Shown here in pieces: positions 51,103-63,210 of a stretch of DNA of 64,000 nt (position 1 is its first letter; every line of letters starts with the position of its first letter). The position numbers and the translations under genes are program-made. The stretch comes from Malacoraja senta. Its lineage: Eukaryota. The stretch covers positions 9,550,001-9,614,000 of the forward strand of contig CM075988.1 in the NCBI GenBank assembly GCA_038087875.1, in the 5' to 3' direction. Below the pieces are notes generated by a model that saw only the letters and a list, made by a program, of their open reading frames with translations, did not search any database and was not told the DNA's origin.

Positions 51103-52086
51103 TTAAATATTTGCAGCTTGTAATATTTTCTCTGCAAATAAATCAGGTTTCATCAATGGCTTATTATAAAAAGTTCTGAATGTCGTTTCCCTCGACCATC
51201 CTGCTGTATTCAGAATATGGTCAACCGGTACGTCCATTCTGTCGGCCGTTGATGTAGATGCTGCCCTAGTGGAATGAGATTTAAATGTATTAGTATCTAT
51301 TCCGGCAGCCTTCAGTACCTGTTTGAGCCATCTTGAAATGGTTTGGCTCGTTACCCGGCCATGAGGTTTCTTGTGGCTGACCCATAAGGCTTTTTCACTC
51401 CCTCTGATATTGTGGGTTGTGTCTATATAATGTTGTAGATGGGTCACGACACACAACTGTGGCTCTTGTGGGTAGGCCCGGAATACCACCAGTGGATTAG
51501 CTGTTCCTGGCCTGCTTTGCTTCACCAGACCCTGTATGATGAATGTGATCTGATCTGGGGTGGTCACCATGTTATCCAGCCTTAACCTGTGTAGTGACTG
51601 AACCCTCTGAGCGGATACGAGTGCCATCAACATGAACGTCTTTAGTGTAGATTGCTCGAGGCTGAGGGATCTGGCAGGTGGCCATTCCCTGAGGTATGTC
51701 AGGACCACACTGATATCCCAAATATGGGTATACCTGGGTTTAGGGGGCTTGATATTATAAATGCCCTTCATCAGTTTTACTACCAGTGGATGGGATCCCA
51801 TTGCCTGTTGTCCTGCTGGTTTGAGATAAGCAGAAAGAGCACTCCGTGCTGTGTTGATGGCACTGTAACTAATCCCTTCATCATGGTGTAGATGGGCCAG
51901 GAACTCCAGTACGTTGGTGGCTGTGGCTGTTGCATACGTTGTCCCTGTTTCCTGGCAGTACTTCTCCCATTTTCTTATGCTGATTAAGTACTGCCTCTTG
52001 GTGGATGTTCGAAGGGATGCCGACATGGTGGTGATGGTACGTTTGGACAATCCCAGTTCCAGGTAAGGTCTATTCAAAACCTGCAA
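51103..52086 (-). CDS. DIRS tyrosine recombinase
   Basis: Open 327-aa frame with AQRVQSL (R), HSTRAAS (HxxR), AGWS and TFRTFYNK (Y). Confidence 0.92.
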   Translation of the reverse strand: MQVLNRPYLELGLSKRTITTMSASLRTSTKRQYLISIRKWEKYCQETGTTYATATATNVLEFLAHLHHDEGISYSAINTARSALSAYLKPAGQQAMGSHPLVVKLMKGIYNIKPPKPRYTHIWDISVVLTYLREWPPARSLSLEQSTLKTFMLMALVSAQRVQSLHRLRLDNMVTTPDQITFIIQGLVKQSRPGTANPLVVFRAYPQEPQLCVVTHLQHYIDTTHNIRGSEKALWVSHKKPHGRVTSQTISRWLKQVLKAAGIDTNTFKSHSTRAASTSTADRMDVPVDHILNTAGWSRETTFRTFYNKPLMKPDLFAEKILQAANI

Positions 52087-52493
52087 CCCAGGAGTTTAAT
52101 TTTCTCATGACATGGGTGGCTTATGCCTGATACTGGGTGAGTTAATAATCCTGGATCACTGGGAAAGACCATTGGTGACTCAACCACCATGTCATGTAGA
52201 ACCGGGAACCATGGCTGTGTAGGCCAGTCAGGCACCATCAAAATTCCAGAAGCAGAGTCCATCTGTATTTTGCGAAGTACCCGACTGATGAGGCAGAAGG
52301 GAGGGAAAGCATAGAAGAAGAACTTTCCCCAATCCAGCGTGAAGGCATCTAGCGCTGCTGCCTCTGGGTCTGGTTCCCAAGCGACATACATAGGTAACTG
52401 GTGATTTAGTCGTGATGCAAATAAATCGATATCTAGCGTTCCATACTGCTTAATAACTTTAGCAAATACTTTAGGGTTTAACATCCATTCGAT
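52074..52493 (-). pseudogene. DIRS pol C-terminal Dam-like N6-adenine methyltransferase domain (cut off by L1)
   Basis: DIDLFASRLNHQL, FYAFPPF and VPDWPTQPWFP motifs typical of the DIRS1 MT domain. Confidence 0.82.
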
Positions 52494-52896
52494 GTTATCA
52501 TTGAATTTTTTATTTTTTTTAATTTTTATTTATTAGAAGTACATTACATTACAACCACATACATTAGTACTCGTCACTTATGTCTTCTTACAATTAATGT
52601 ACTCCATTTATTTTTTACACTAGAAAAGGAAAAGATTGAAAGAAAGAAGAAGGTGAAGGAAAAAGTGAGAGTGTAGAAAATGTGACAACAAAAATGGACG
52701 AAGACCCTATAAGAGCAAAATTAAAAACAAAAGAAAAAGAGTTAAGAAATAGACCCTAGAAAAGAAAGAGAAAGAGAAAGAGGAAAAAGAGAGAAACAAA
52801 TATTTTTATGAGCATTACGTAAATGGGACATACCAACTCTTCAACTATCATCCCCCCTTACCTGACCTCAATTTTTTTTTAAAGTACCTTTGCACC

Positions 52897-55800
52897 CTAT
52901 ATTTGTAATAATTCTATAAATGCAGACCACGTCAGGTGGAAGTGATCTGGTTTACCTGCTAGGAGGAGTCTTATCTCTTCTAGGTGTAATGTTTCGAACA
53001 TATTTGAAATCCACATATTTACAGTTGGTATTGGAGCCTTCTTCCAAAATTTTAGAATTAGCTTTTTTCCAGTTATTAACCCATAGTCTATTAGTTTCTT
53101 TTGAAACACATTTAGTTCTGGACCATCTTCCGTTATTCCGAAGATAATCCATTCTGCTTTGGGTATCAGTCTTATTTTAAATAACTTTGTAAAGATTTCA
53201 AAAATTTCCTTCCAAAGTTTTTGAATTTTTGTACAGAAAACGAATGAGTGCGCTATAGTAGCTTCTTGGGATTGACATTTATCACAAATAGATGATACAT
53301 TTGGAAAAATGTTATGAATTTTAGTTTTCGAATAATATAATCTATGTAAAATTTTAAATTGTATTAAAGTGTGTCTTACATTAATCGAACATTTATGCAC
53401 GTTTAATAAGTGTTCATTCCAACTTTCCTTTGAAATTTTAATAGCTAACTCTTGTTCCCAGTCTCTGCTGATACCCTCTGTAGATGGTATTTGTACATTT
53501 AAGATGATATTATACAAATATGATATTAAGTTTGCTGATTCAGCTTTTACCTGCATTGCCTCATCCAATACATCTACTGGGTTGTTATAATGATCTTTTG
53601 TATATATTTTCAAATAGTCGCATATTTGAAAATATTTAAAATATTGATTATTTCCGAGTTTATATTTTATTTGTAATTGTTGAAATGAAAGTAATTTTCC
53701 AGTTTCATACAAGTCACCACGCGTTTTAATTCCTAGTCTATCCCAATGTGTAAAAGCTGTATCTATAATAGAGGGATTAAACGAAGGGTTATTAACTATA
53801 GGTAATAAAAGTGATAAATTTCTTAATTTTAAATTTTGTTTTATTTGTTTCCAAATTCGGATTGTACAATGAATAATTGGGTTCTTATTATAATTTATGT
53901 TATTCAATTTCATTGGAGAGAGGAGGATCGCTCCAATGTTTCCAGAGGAGCAATCCTCTTTCTCCATTACAATCCAGTCCACTTGCTGGGCGGAGTTATC
54001 CATCAGTTGAATCATATTTTTTAATATTTACTGACCAATAATAATACATAAAGTTAGGTAGTGCTAAACCCCCTAATACTTTAGGTTTATTCAGATGAGT
54101 TTTTTGTATTCTATGTGATTTATAGTCCCATATAAAATTAGTGATATCTGAGTCGAGTTTTTTTTTAAACTTCTTTGGTAAGTATATAGGAATCGATTGA
54201 AATAGGTATAAAATTTTTGGTAGAAAAATCATTTTTATTGCATTTATTCGGCCTATTAAAGACATCGGGAGCGTTTTCCAGAATTTAATTAGTGTGTTTA
54301 ATTTATTAAGTAGGGGGTCAAAATTTGCCTTAAACATACCTTGATATGTTCTGGTAATTTCGATTCCCAAGTATTTAAATTTTTCTGTAGCTATTTTAAA
54401 AGGGAATTTTAAAAGATGTGTTGAATCTTTCGGTTTTATTGACATAATTTCACTTTTATTCCAATTTATTCTATATCCAGAAAAAGATGCAAAGTCTTCA
54501 ATTAAATTTAATATATTTGGTATAGTGATTTGAGGTTTTGTAATGTACAGTAATATATCAACCGCGTATAAAGATATTTTATTATATGAGTCTTTAGTAT
54601 TATATCCATGGATATCAGGGTGTATTCTAATTTTTTCTGCTAGCGGTTCAATAATGAGAGCAAACAGCTGTGGTGATAATGAGCATCCTTGTCTATTTCC
54701 CCTTGATAGTAGGAATTTCGAGGATAATATGTTATTCTAGCTGTGGGTTTGTTATATAGTAACTTGATCCATAGAATAAAATTATCCCCCAGTTGGAATT
54801 TTTGTAATACTTTATCCATATAATTCCATTCTACTTGATCAAATGCTTTTTCAGCATCCAGCGAAATAATTGATAATTCTTGATCTTCAGATTTGTATGA
54901 GTGCATTATGTTGAGTAGACGTCTCATATTGTTAGATGAGTATCTCTTAGGGATAATCCCCGTCTGATCTGGGTTTATTAATTTACTAATGTATTTACTT
55001 AATCTTCTAGCTAATGTTTTCGCTAATATTTTTTGATCTGTGTTTAACAATGCTATAGCTCTATATGAACCAGGTTCTTCTAAATCTTTGTTTTTCTTAG
55101 GTATTAGTGTAATCGTTGATTCCGCTAATGTATCAGGTAGTATTCGTTTTTTAAAAGCATATTGGTACATTTTTTGTAATCTTGGTATTATTTTATCATA
55201 AAAGCTTTTATAAAATTCATTAGTAAATCCATCAGGGCCTGGTGTTTTTCCATTCTTTAGTGAGTTTATTGTATCTTCTAATTCCTTAATTGAGATTTGT
55301 GCACCCAATTACTCTTGTTCCTTCAGCTCTAACTTTGGAAGATTACAGTTATCCAAAAACTTTGTGATATTATTGGAATCAATTGTCGTTTAGATGTATA
55401 CAAATTCTCATAAAATTGCGCAAATCTTTTATTAATATCCTTCGGTGTTGTTAATAATTCCCCTTTATCTGATTTGATCTTTGGTATAGTATGTTCCTTT
55501 TCTCGTTTTTTTAGCTGTCGAGCCAAAAGTTTGTGCGGTTTATCCCCAAATTCAAAGTGCTCTTGTTTTGTAATTTGAAAAAGTCTTATACGTTTGGCAG
55601 ATAATAATTTATTTAATTTAAATTTCAAAATTATTATTTTATTATGTTTATCTATTGATGGATCTTTAGCATTATCTATATCCATTTGTCTAATAAGTTC
55701 TTCTAACTGTCTTTGTTCATTCTTATTCTTTTTATTTTGAAAAGCTTGATATGAAATTATAATACCCCTAATGTATGCTTTAAAAGATTCCCATAATACA

Positions 55801-56677
55801 GTAGGCGATATATCTGGAGTATCATTTATTTGAAAAAGACCTCCATTTGTTCTTTTAAATATATACTCGCTTGTGGATCTTTTAGAATTTGAGAATTAAA
55901 TCTCCAAAACGATTTATTCTTAAACATTCCTTCCAGTTTTAAAAAGAAAGTTAGTGGAGAATGGTCTGAAATCGAATTTGTGTGGTATATTGCGTTAGAT
56001 GTTTGGGGGATTAATTTTGTATCCAGCAGGAAGTAGTCTATACGTGAGTATGTCTTATGTACCATTGAATAAAACGAGTATTCCCTGCCAGTTGGATTAA
56101 CAATTCTCCAAACATCTGCTATATTAGTATTGTTTATATAGGTAATGAGAAGTTCCCCGGTTTTCGATTTCATATTCCCTCTCTGTTTTTGGCTTGATTT
56201 ATCTAAGTACGGATCTAAAACACAGTTAAAGTCTCCTCCTATTATAACATTTTGATAGTTAGACTCTGCAATTATGTTGAAAATTTTATTGAAAAAGTGG
56301 GGGTTATCAAAGTTAGGGGCATATATATTTACCAAGGTAAGTGGAGTATCATGGATTTCTCCATTAACTATTAGGTATCTCCCTTCTATATCTGTTATGA
56401 TATTCTTTGCTTTAAATGGTATACCTTTTCTTATAATGATTGACGTGCCTCTAGATTTTGAAGTGAATGAAGAATGGTATGTTTGACCTATCCATTTCGC
56501 CCTCAACCTAACTTGATCCTGAGATTTTAAGTGTGTTTCTTGTAGGAAGGTAATGTCGGAATTGTACAGTTTCAGCTGAGCTAGTATCTTACCCCTTTTA
56601 ATAGGTTCGTTAATACCTCTTATATTCCAACTACAAAATGAGATTCCTCCTAGGTTCTTTTGTTTGGTGTCATGCAT
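52897..56677 (-). pseudogene. L1 ORF2p (APE endonuclease, RT, CCHC), disrupted
   Basis: SWNIRG, LQETH, GGDFN, SDHSP; PGPDG, LDAEKAFD; YADD mutated to YAVD (54557-54568); several frameshifts and a stop. Confidence 0.92.
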
Positions 56678-57511
56678 TTTGAATAATTATAGTACCTTTA
56701 AATCTTGTGGTGCATCCATATCCCAGGTCTTTGGGTATTGGGGGAACTTTTGAGTTTTTAAGTTTTGTTGGTATGTCCATTTTACGCTTATCACTAAACA
56801 CAAAACACAAACATGTGATTTTATGTGATAAAAAAAAAACTAAAAAAGTGAAAATACAGTGTCTGATATAGTCGGCACTGTAGCGAGTGTCCCACCTGTA
56901 GGTGGGAAAAAACCTTGTTTTGACTTCCATTGCGTTGTTACACAAATAGCTCCGCTCTCTTAGTTAATCATAACATATTAAAATATTAAAACGGGGCCTC
57001 ACATTCAGATATATAATACAATTTTACCCTGTATATTTCATTATAACATATATATATATCGGAATTTTAACTACTAATTATTAAACCGATACTTTTGACT
57101 TCAATAAGAATCAACTGTTTGTTGAAGGGGTTAACGAGACGTGCCCCTGGGCCTAAGCCAGGTGCTCGTTTCTCCTCCCCTCCTCCCACTTATAGATAAG
57201 GTTTCAATTTATTAAAAATTCATATTAGTATTTTAGTTCGTTATTTTTTATTTTTGTTTTTGTTAGTATTCTAATCTAACATGCATAACTTATTAAGTTG
57301 TTGATAGGATAAGTTCTTACAATTGGTTTTAATATTATAATCTAATAAGCAAGTAAATGCTTCTGGTATATACCATTCCCGTCTGTTCAGCTGTTTACTC
57401 GTTTTGAACAGAAAGTGTCCTTGATTCAACATTCCAAAGATAACAGTCTAACTATCCCCAGACAAAGCATTGCTTAGAATGGTTCCGTTCTGCCAAACCC
57501 CCCTTAGATTT

Positions 57512-58639
57512 CTATTTTTCAACGATAGTTTGGGCATATTTAAACGCGTCTTCAGGCTTAACAAATGACTTTTCAAAACCCTTAAAGGAAATACGCATTT
57601 TCGCGGGATAAAAAATCCCATATCTGATCCCTTCTCTCCCTCTTAAAAGATCCTTAACCTTCTCGAATTTGTTTCTTTTTTGCACAATTTCATACGGGTA
57701 GTCCCTGAATATCTTAATAGTGTCATTGTCCAGCCACAGTTGCACACCGTATTTGATTTTACTCATAACATCTTCCAGTTCTAAAATATCCCGAAATTTC
57801 ACAATAATATGTCGTGGATAAGTTTTTCCCGCACCAGATCTTTGTTTAAATCTTGGGACACGATGAGCCACTTCGATTTTCGGTTCTTTGGAAAGATTCA
57901 GCAGTTGTTTAAGCAAGCCCATGGCAAACTCACGCACATCCTCCCCCTCGGCTCCCTCTGAGACTCCAAGAATTCTCAAATTCTGTCGTCTAGAGCGAGC
58001 TTCCAGGTCCAGGCATTTTTCTGAAACTTTACTGAGTTGAGTCACCATCTGTAGTGAAGTTTGTTCATTTTCTCGCCTCATTTGCTCATGTTCTTGCCTC
58101 ATTTTCGCCATGTCTTCAACCACTCGAGCCATGTTTTTCTCCAATTCCGTAATTGTGCGCATACTTGCAGCTACTGTTTCAAGCACAGCCGTAAACTTAA
58201 CCGTAGTAGTTTCATCCATCTTGTCCATTCTCTCTGATAGTCCATCTTTCACCTCATCAATTTGTTTATTCATAATGTCCAGTGAATCAATCATATTCTG
58301 ATTGCTAGCCTCCATAGCCTTCTGATTACCAGCATTTAAATCCCTCATCATCTTCTCCATTCCTTCCATCATATTTGCCATATTTTCCTTCATATCTTCC
58401 TTCATATTTTCCTTCATATTTTCCATCATAATTTTATTTTCATCCAAAATCTCATCTTTCATATTTTTCACTGATTTCTTCAAGTCATCAAACTCTTTCT
58501 TAGATCTTGTATCCATTTCTGCAGCCACTTCAGAGACTTCAGAGACTTCAGAGGTAACTTCTGCTTTAGGCTTCTTCTGGTCTCTCAGCAGCTTTTTCAC
58601 TGATCTCTGAGGGCTCACAGCTGGAGGCAGTTTTCTCAT
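57512..58639 (-). CDS. L1 ORF1p (coiled coil + RRM + CTD)
   Basis: Open 375-aa frame; DLEARSRRQNLRILGVSEG, AHRV, PRHIIVKF, YPAKMRI. Confidence 0.9.
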   Translation of the reverse strand: MRKLPPAVSPQRSVKKLLRDQKKPKAEVTSEVSEVSEVAAEMDTRSKKEFDDLKKSVKNMKDEILDENKIMMENMKENMKEDMKENMANMMEGMEKMMRDLNAGNQKAMEASNQNMIDSLDIMNKQIDEVKDGLSERMDKMDETTTVKFTAVLETVAASMRTITELEKNMARVVEDMAKMRQEHEQMRRENEQTSLQMVTQLSKVSEKCLDLEARSRRQNLRILGVSEGAEGEDVREFAMGLLKQLLNLSKEPKIEVAHRVPRFKQRSGAGKTYPRHIIVKFRDILELEDVMSKIKYGVQLWLDNDTIKIFRDYPYEIVQKRNKFEKVKDLLRGREGIRYGIFYPAKMRISFKGFEKSFVKPEDAFKYAQTIVEK

Positions 58640-58832
58640 TTAAAGGGCTTTAAACCACCGTTTAAAACATCGCGCTTAATGATGACGTCATCAGCGCGAC
58701 GACCAGGAGCTCCGGTAAGGTTTTTAAAAACAATCCCGATTTCTGGACCCGTTTTACACGATAAATCGTGAAATTTTTCGGGAGAGGAGCTAGGTGCACG
58801 TCTGTTAGTCCAACATGGCGCCACCGGAAGTC

Positions 58833-59513
58833 GTTATCATTGAATTTGCATGACCTGGTGTCTGCCACAGTGTTTAGCTTACCTGATAGATAAGTAGCTG
58901 ATAGCCAAATATGTCTTTCGACACACCATTGCCAAATCACATTGACCAATTTGTCGCATGATAATGATTTTATGCCGCCCATATGGTTAATATAAGCCAC
59001 CACCGTAGTATTATCAATCTGTAACCGAACATGCAAGTGCTGCTTAGTAGATACATGTGCTTTTAAACCATAAAAGGCTCCCAACATCTCTAGATAGTTA
59101 ATGCCCAGTGTCAGTAGTAATGATGACTCTAGGTTAGTCCATCTACCACCTCTGCTGGATATGGAGTTAGTTGCTCCCCAGCCTTGAGCACTGGCATCTG
59201 TTTGAACAACTAAAGTAGGGTTAGTGATGATGATAGAGCTGAAACTATGCCAAACATTTTCTGCCCACCACTGTAGCTCTGATATTGCTTCAGTGGGTAA
59301 TTTCATGACACGATCATAGTGACCTGTATGTCGTTTTAGTGCCTGTACCTTTGCTCTTTGTAAATTTTGATAGTGCAAAGGTCCGAATTGTGTAGCCGGA
59401 AATGCTGCTACAATTTTCCCAATCACTCTTGCTACTTGTCGAATAGTTGGTCGTTTGTTGACCATTAAATTGTTGCATGATTGTGCTAATGCAACCATTT
59501 TTTCCTTTGGCAA
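58833..59513 (-). pseudogene. DIRS RT connection and RNase H domain (3' end interrupted by L1)
   Basis: QTDASAQGWG, INYLEM, IDNTTVVAYIN, NTVAD motifs. Confidence 0.9.
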
Positions 59514-60426
59514 GGTAAGTCATATGGACTGAGTTAATTGTGAGTCCATGATAGTGGATGGCTTCAACTTAGATTTATCTGGATGTATGACGAACCCCAG
59601 AGTTTCGAGGAGCTGTTTTGTAGCTGATAATGCTACCACAGCCAATTCCTTCGTTTTCCCTACTATCAGAATATCATCCAGTTTTTGCCATGACAATATG
59701 TTTTTGTTTTCTTAGTATTGCCATGGCTATTTTCAATATTTTGGTGAATAATCTTGGGGCCGAAGTTAGCCCATTGGGCAATGCTTTGTACTGCCACAGC
59801 TGCCCCAACCAGATACATTTTAGGTATCTGCAATGATCTTTGTGTATGGGGACTGAATAGTAAGCGTCTTTAAGATCAATGCTTGCCATGAAGTATCCTT
59901 TGGAAATCAGTTGTTTGGCAGTAACAAATGTTTCCATTTTGAAATGTATATACTGAACAAACTTATTTAGTGATCTTAAGTCAATGAGGATGCGACATCC
60001 CCCATCTTTTTTGGTTTTAGTGAATATATTTGATACAAATTCCAAAGGTTCATGTTTGGTCTTTTCGATGACCCCCTTTGTGATAAGTCTCACCAGTTCA
60101 GCTTGTCCCTCACGTTTCTCTTTGACGGAGGGAGAAAATACCCTTTGGGGCCAATGTTGAACTGGCGGCGATTGTTCTGACATGAACTGAATTTTATATC
60201 CACTAATGCTGTTGAGTATATACTTGTCACTCGTGACCGTAACCCATGCTTCTTTAAACAAGTGTAATCTCTCCCCTGTTAGTAAAGCACCCTTATTCTC
60301 TATATGCTGACAGGAACCAGACCCACCTACCTCCATGGTTATTGGTGTTTCTTTTGTTTCCTGATGTTTTTGTAGGCTTTGCTTGTCTGACGTGCTGGCG
60401 ATGTTGGGGGGTGGCGCATTTTCCAT
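59514..60426 (-). pseudogene. DIRS reverse transcriptase, frameshifted
   Basis: KKDGGCRILIDL, SIDLKDAYY, LPNGLTSAPRLF; LDDILI follows in another frame at about 59682. Confidence 0.9.
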
Positions 60427-61604
60427 GGGGTCCGCTGTGGGCCCTGATCTAAAAAAGATCTTTGGGGATAAAATGCGGTCCCTGAGCTTTCACCAGTCCC
60501 ATATTGAGGATGTCGACTGGTGGATGCCATGGGGTGCTGCCACCTGGGTATTGTAGCTCTTGGTTTGCTCGTCCCGGGGCCTGCCCTCATGAGGCCGAAA
60601 GTTTTCGCTGCTTCCTCCATGTCCCTCAGTTTTTTGTTGAGGTCTTTCCCAAATAACAGAGCGTCCATCTCTGCAGCTGGGGCTCTGCACAACCCAGCAA
60701 ATTTGGGATTGAGGGCAGGTCTTATGTTTTCCCGCCGGAGATTATTGATCTCAAATTGTGTGTTGCACATCAGTGCCAGCACATCCTGCTGGCACGTATC
60801 CATCTCCGTGCTTTCCACAGAACGAGCAAAGGCTGTAATGGCTGACGTCAGGAGCCTTAGGATCCGCTGTAGCTTTAGTTCATGGTTACGAATGTTTGAC
60901 CCCACGTGCCCCCAGATCTGGCTGTTTACAGTCTTCACTCTGAGGGCCTCACAGTTCTCTGGTGCTGTGTAAAATTCGAGCGCCTCAAGAAGCACCTTCT
61001 CCTGCAAGGGCTTATTTGAAAGATGATTGATGCTGGCCGCCATTTTTGGTTCCAGCGGTCTTCCAGCACGTGGGGTTGCTACATAGTGGTCCACGACACC
61101 CAGCAGCTCTTCCTGCTCCTGCACCCCTTGCATACTGCCGAACTCGTCCGCCAGCCCCTGTTCTAGACCAGCCCAACCCTGGTCACCCATGCTAGCCTCC
61201 AGTAATGAGGGAGCAGAGGGCAGTGCACAAGACACTGTGGAGGAGGTGCCTGACCTACCTCCGCGAGAACGCTCTTTCTGCGTATCCCGCTGGAGCATCT
61301 GCTCCAAGAGCTGTTGTAAGCTCTGGCGGCTGTCTCTCCTCCGTTTAGGTGGAGACATGTCCCCATCCGACGAATCGGAAATTACCGGCCGGTTGCTTTT
61401 CCTCATGGATTTCCTCCCTGTCCGCTGTTCAGGCATTAGCGGGACTGGGCTTGGCTCGGTCTCGGGGATAGCGGAGCGCCCTATGTGCGTTCCTGCCGCC
61501 TGTTGCTGCCCCCCTGAGATTGAACGCTCCTCTGGTGGAGTTGAGCTGGGGGCAGTTCTTTTGGAGAGTCTTTTCTTCAGTGTGCTCATTTTGTAAGAAC
61601 ACAT
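60339..61604 (-). CDS. DIRS gag-like ORF1
   Basis: Open 421-aa frame at the 5' end of the element overlapping pol; PENC, RRENIRP and LLFGKDL segments. Confidence 0.8.
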   Translation of the reverse strand: MCSYKMSTLKKRLSKRTAPSSTPPEERSISGGQQQAAGTHIGRSAIPETEPSPVPLMPEQRTGRKSMRKSNRPVISDSSDGDMSPPKRRRDSRQSLQQLLEQMLQRDTQKERSRGGRSGTSSTVSCALPSAPSLLEASMGDQGWAGLEQGLADEFGSMQGVQEQEELLGVVDHYVATPRAGRPLEPKMAASINHLSNKPLQEKVLLEALEFYTAPENCEALRVKTVNSQIWGHVGSNIRNHELKLQRILRLLTSAITAFARSVESTEMDTCQQDVLALMCNTQFEINNLRRENIRPALNPKFAGLCRAPAAEMDALLFGKDLNKKLRDMEEAAKTFGLMRAGPGTSKPRATIPRWQHPMASTSRHPQYGTGESSGTAFYPQRSFLDQGPQRTPWKMRHPPTSPARQTSKAYKNIRKQKKHQ

Positions 61605-62869
61605 CTACAACTCTCCTTCTCCGTTAGACTAGTTCTGAATACTTACCCAACGGTCCGTCTTTTAAACTGCAGCCGGAGAGCCTTCCTCCAGCTGCCGCCG
61701 CTGTTACACTGCTGGCGTAATGCCGCGCCTGCGCACTGAGCGGGTTCTTCACGTAGTCACTCACGTGACTCCGAAGTAAAATTGTATTGTCCCGTTCCTT
61801 GTGCGTGTGTCAATTAAACACTCTTATTGCTTTGATGGGCTTCTCTGTGCTTGCTTCTAAGCTTTTAAAAAGAAAACTTGTATGTGAAAGAACTGGCTTG
61901 TTGCAAATTAGGTATTTAACCAATCGCACTGCGGTGACCTACTTAAACTTCAGGAGCTGCAAGGGAACAAAATGTTACCAGGGTTCAATTCATGTTTCTT
62001 TTTCATAAATATGATTACATCCCCAACCTTGGAAGCATCTTGAGAAAAGATGCAATGAAGGTCGCATGTTACAGCTGAGTAGCAGCTCAACAATAATAGC
62101 TTCAGCAAGCGTTTCAATGTGTGTACAATCGATAATTAGAATATGATTTGAGACAAAGCTGGTACCAGCGATAAACATGCTTCTCATAAATAATGCTGCT
62201 ATTGTATGAGAGCTTTCTGTTTTAATTTCCTCGGGGCAAATTGATCAGTGGTGACTTCTGTCGATGGTGGGTGCTCTGACACAATTGGAGAGGAGAGGTA
62301 CAAACAGCTGGAGTGGCGGCAGTGCAAGGTGAGAGGTTAGCTTGTGAATCAATATTAATTTTACTGCCATGTCACAGGATGGCTACGGCAATAATTTTCT
62401 GTATAAGTAGATTATGCTTTTAATGATTTTTGCCCGTGCATTCCCTGTAATTGCTGCTTGAAGTGTAATGCTCCTCTCAAAGCTATTGGATGTTGTTCCA
62501 GGCTTGCTCTAAGCAAATCAATTGCATTTGTTTATAAAATCTTAAGCAGAAATGAAAAGATGTGGATGAGTGCACAGATTATTGGAGTTCTGGTTGGTAA
62601 TTTATTTGATGTATTGTAAATCTTCTTGCACCTTTTGATATGGTGCTGGCCCTTGGGTTTCAAGTCCCTTGGGCAACTGATGATAGCCAAGTTTGCAATA
62701 TAATGTGACTGGCCTATAAACAATACAAAAGTTATTAGGATTCCATCTCGTGGTCTCCAACAGAAGTGCTTAGTTGCAATTACATTTCTATAATAATTAT
62801 TTGGGGGGGGATCTTGGCATAATCAATATTTATTGTCCATCCTAAACTTCCATGCGCAGACAATTGTTC

Positions 62870-63210
62870 TTGTGGTAAATGCACAGGGTCTTTTACCCAG
62901 AGTAGGGAAATCTAGAACCAGGAGAAGGAGGTTTAAGGTGAGAGGGGAAAATGTAATAGGAACTTGAGGAGCAACTTTTTCACACAGAGAGTGATGGGTA
63001 TATTGAACAAGATGCCAGAGGAGGCAGTGGATGCAAGTACTATAGCAACATTTAAAAGACATTTGGACAGGTTCACGAACATGAAAGATTTAGGCATATG
63101 GGCCAAATCAGAGCCAAATGGAACTAGTGTAGATGGGGGCATCTTGGTTGGTATGGACAAGTTGCGCTGAAGGGCTCTTCCTGTGTTAATGGAACCTATG
63201 ACTCTATCAT
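62870..63210 (+). mobile_element. CR1 3' fragment
   Basis: Encodes RSNFFTQRVMG...TFKRHLD; CR1 tail. Confidence 0.8.

Larger units (their letters stand above)
52509..58832 (-). mobile_element. Full-length L1 (about 6.3 kb) nested in the DIRS pol gene
   Basis: 5' GACTTCCGGTGGCGCC, ORF1, about 830-bp spacer, ORF2, AATAAA and A-rich tail; TSD GTTATCATTGAATTT at 52494-52508 and 58833-58847. Confidence 0.96.
50596..61782 (-). mobile_element. DIRS1-type tyrosine-recombinase retrotransposon (about 4.85 kb without the nested L1)
   Basis: gag-RT-RNaseH-MT-YR order, 36-bp ITRs, ICR complementary to both ends, AAT at both junctions. Confidence 0.95.

Noticed and set aside
51103..52086. Phage integrase, prophage or bacterial contamination
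   Set aside because: The recombinase lies within a DIRS ITR/ICR structure with gag, RT and RNase H, continuous with vertebrate repeats
60520..61596. Antisense ORFs within DIRS gag
   Set aside because: Shadow frames of a real ORF with no independent motif
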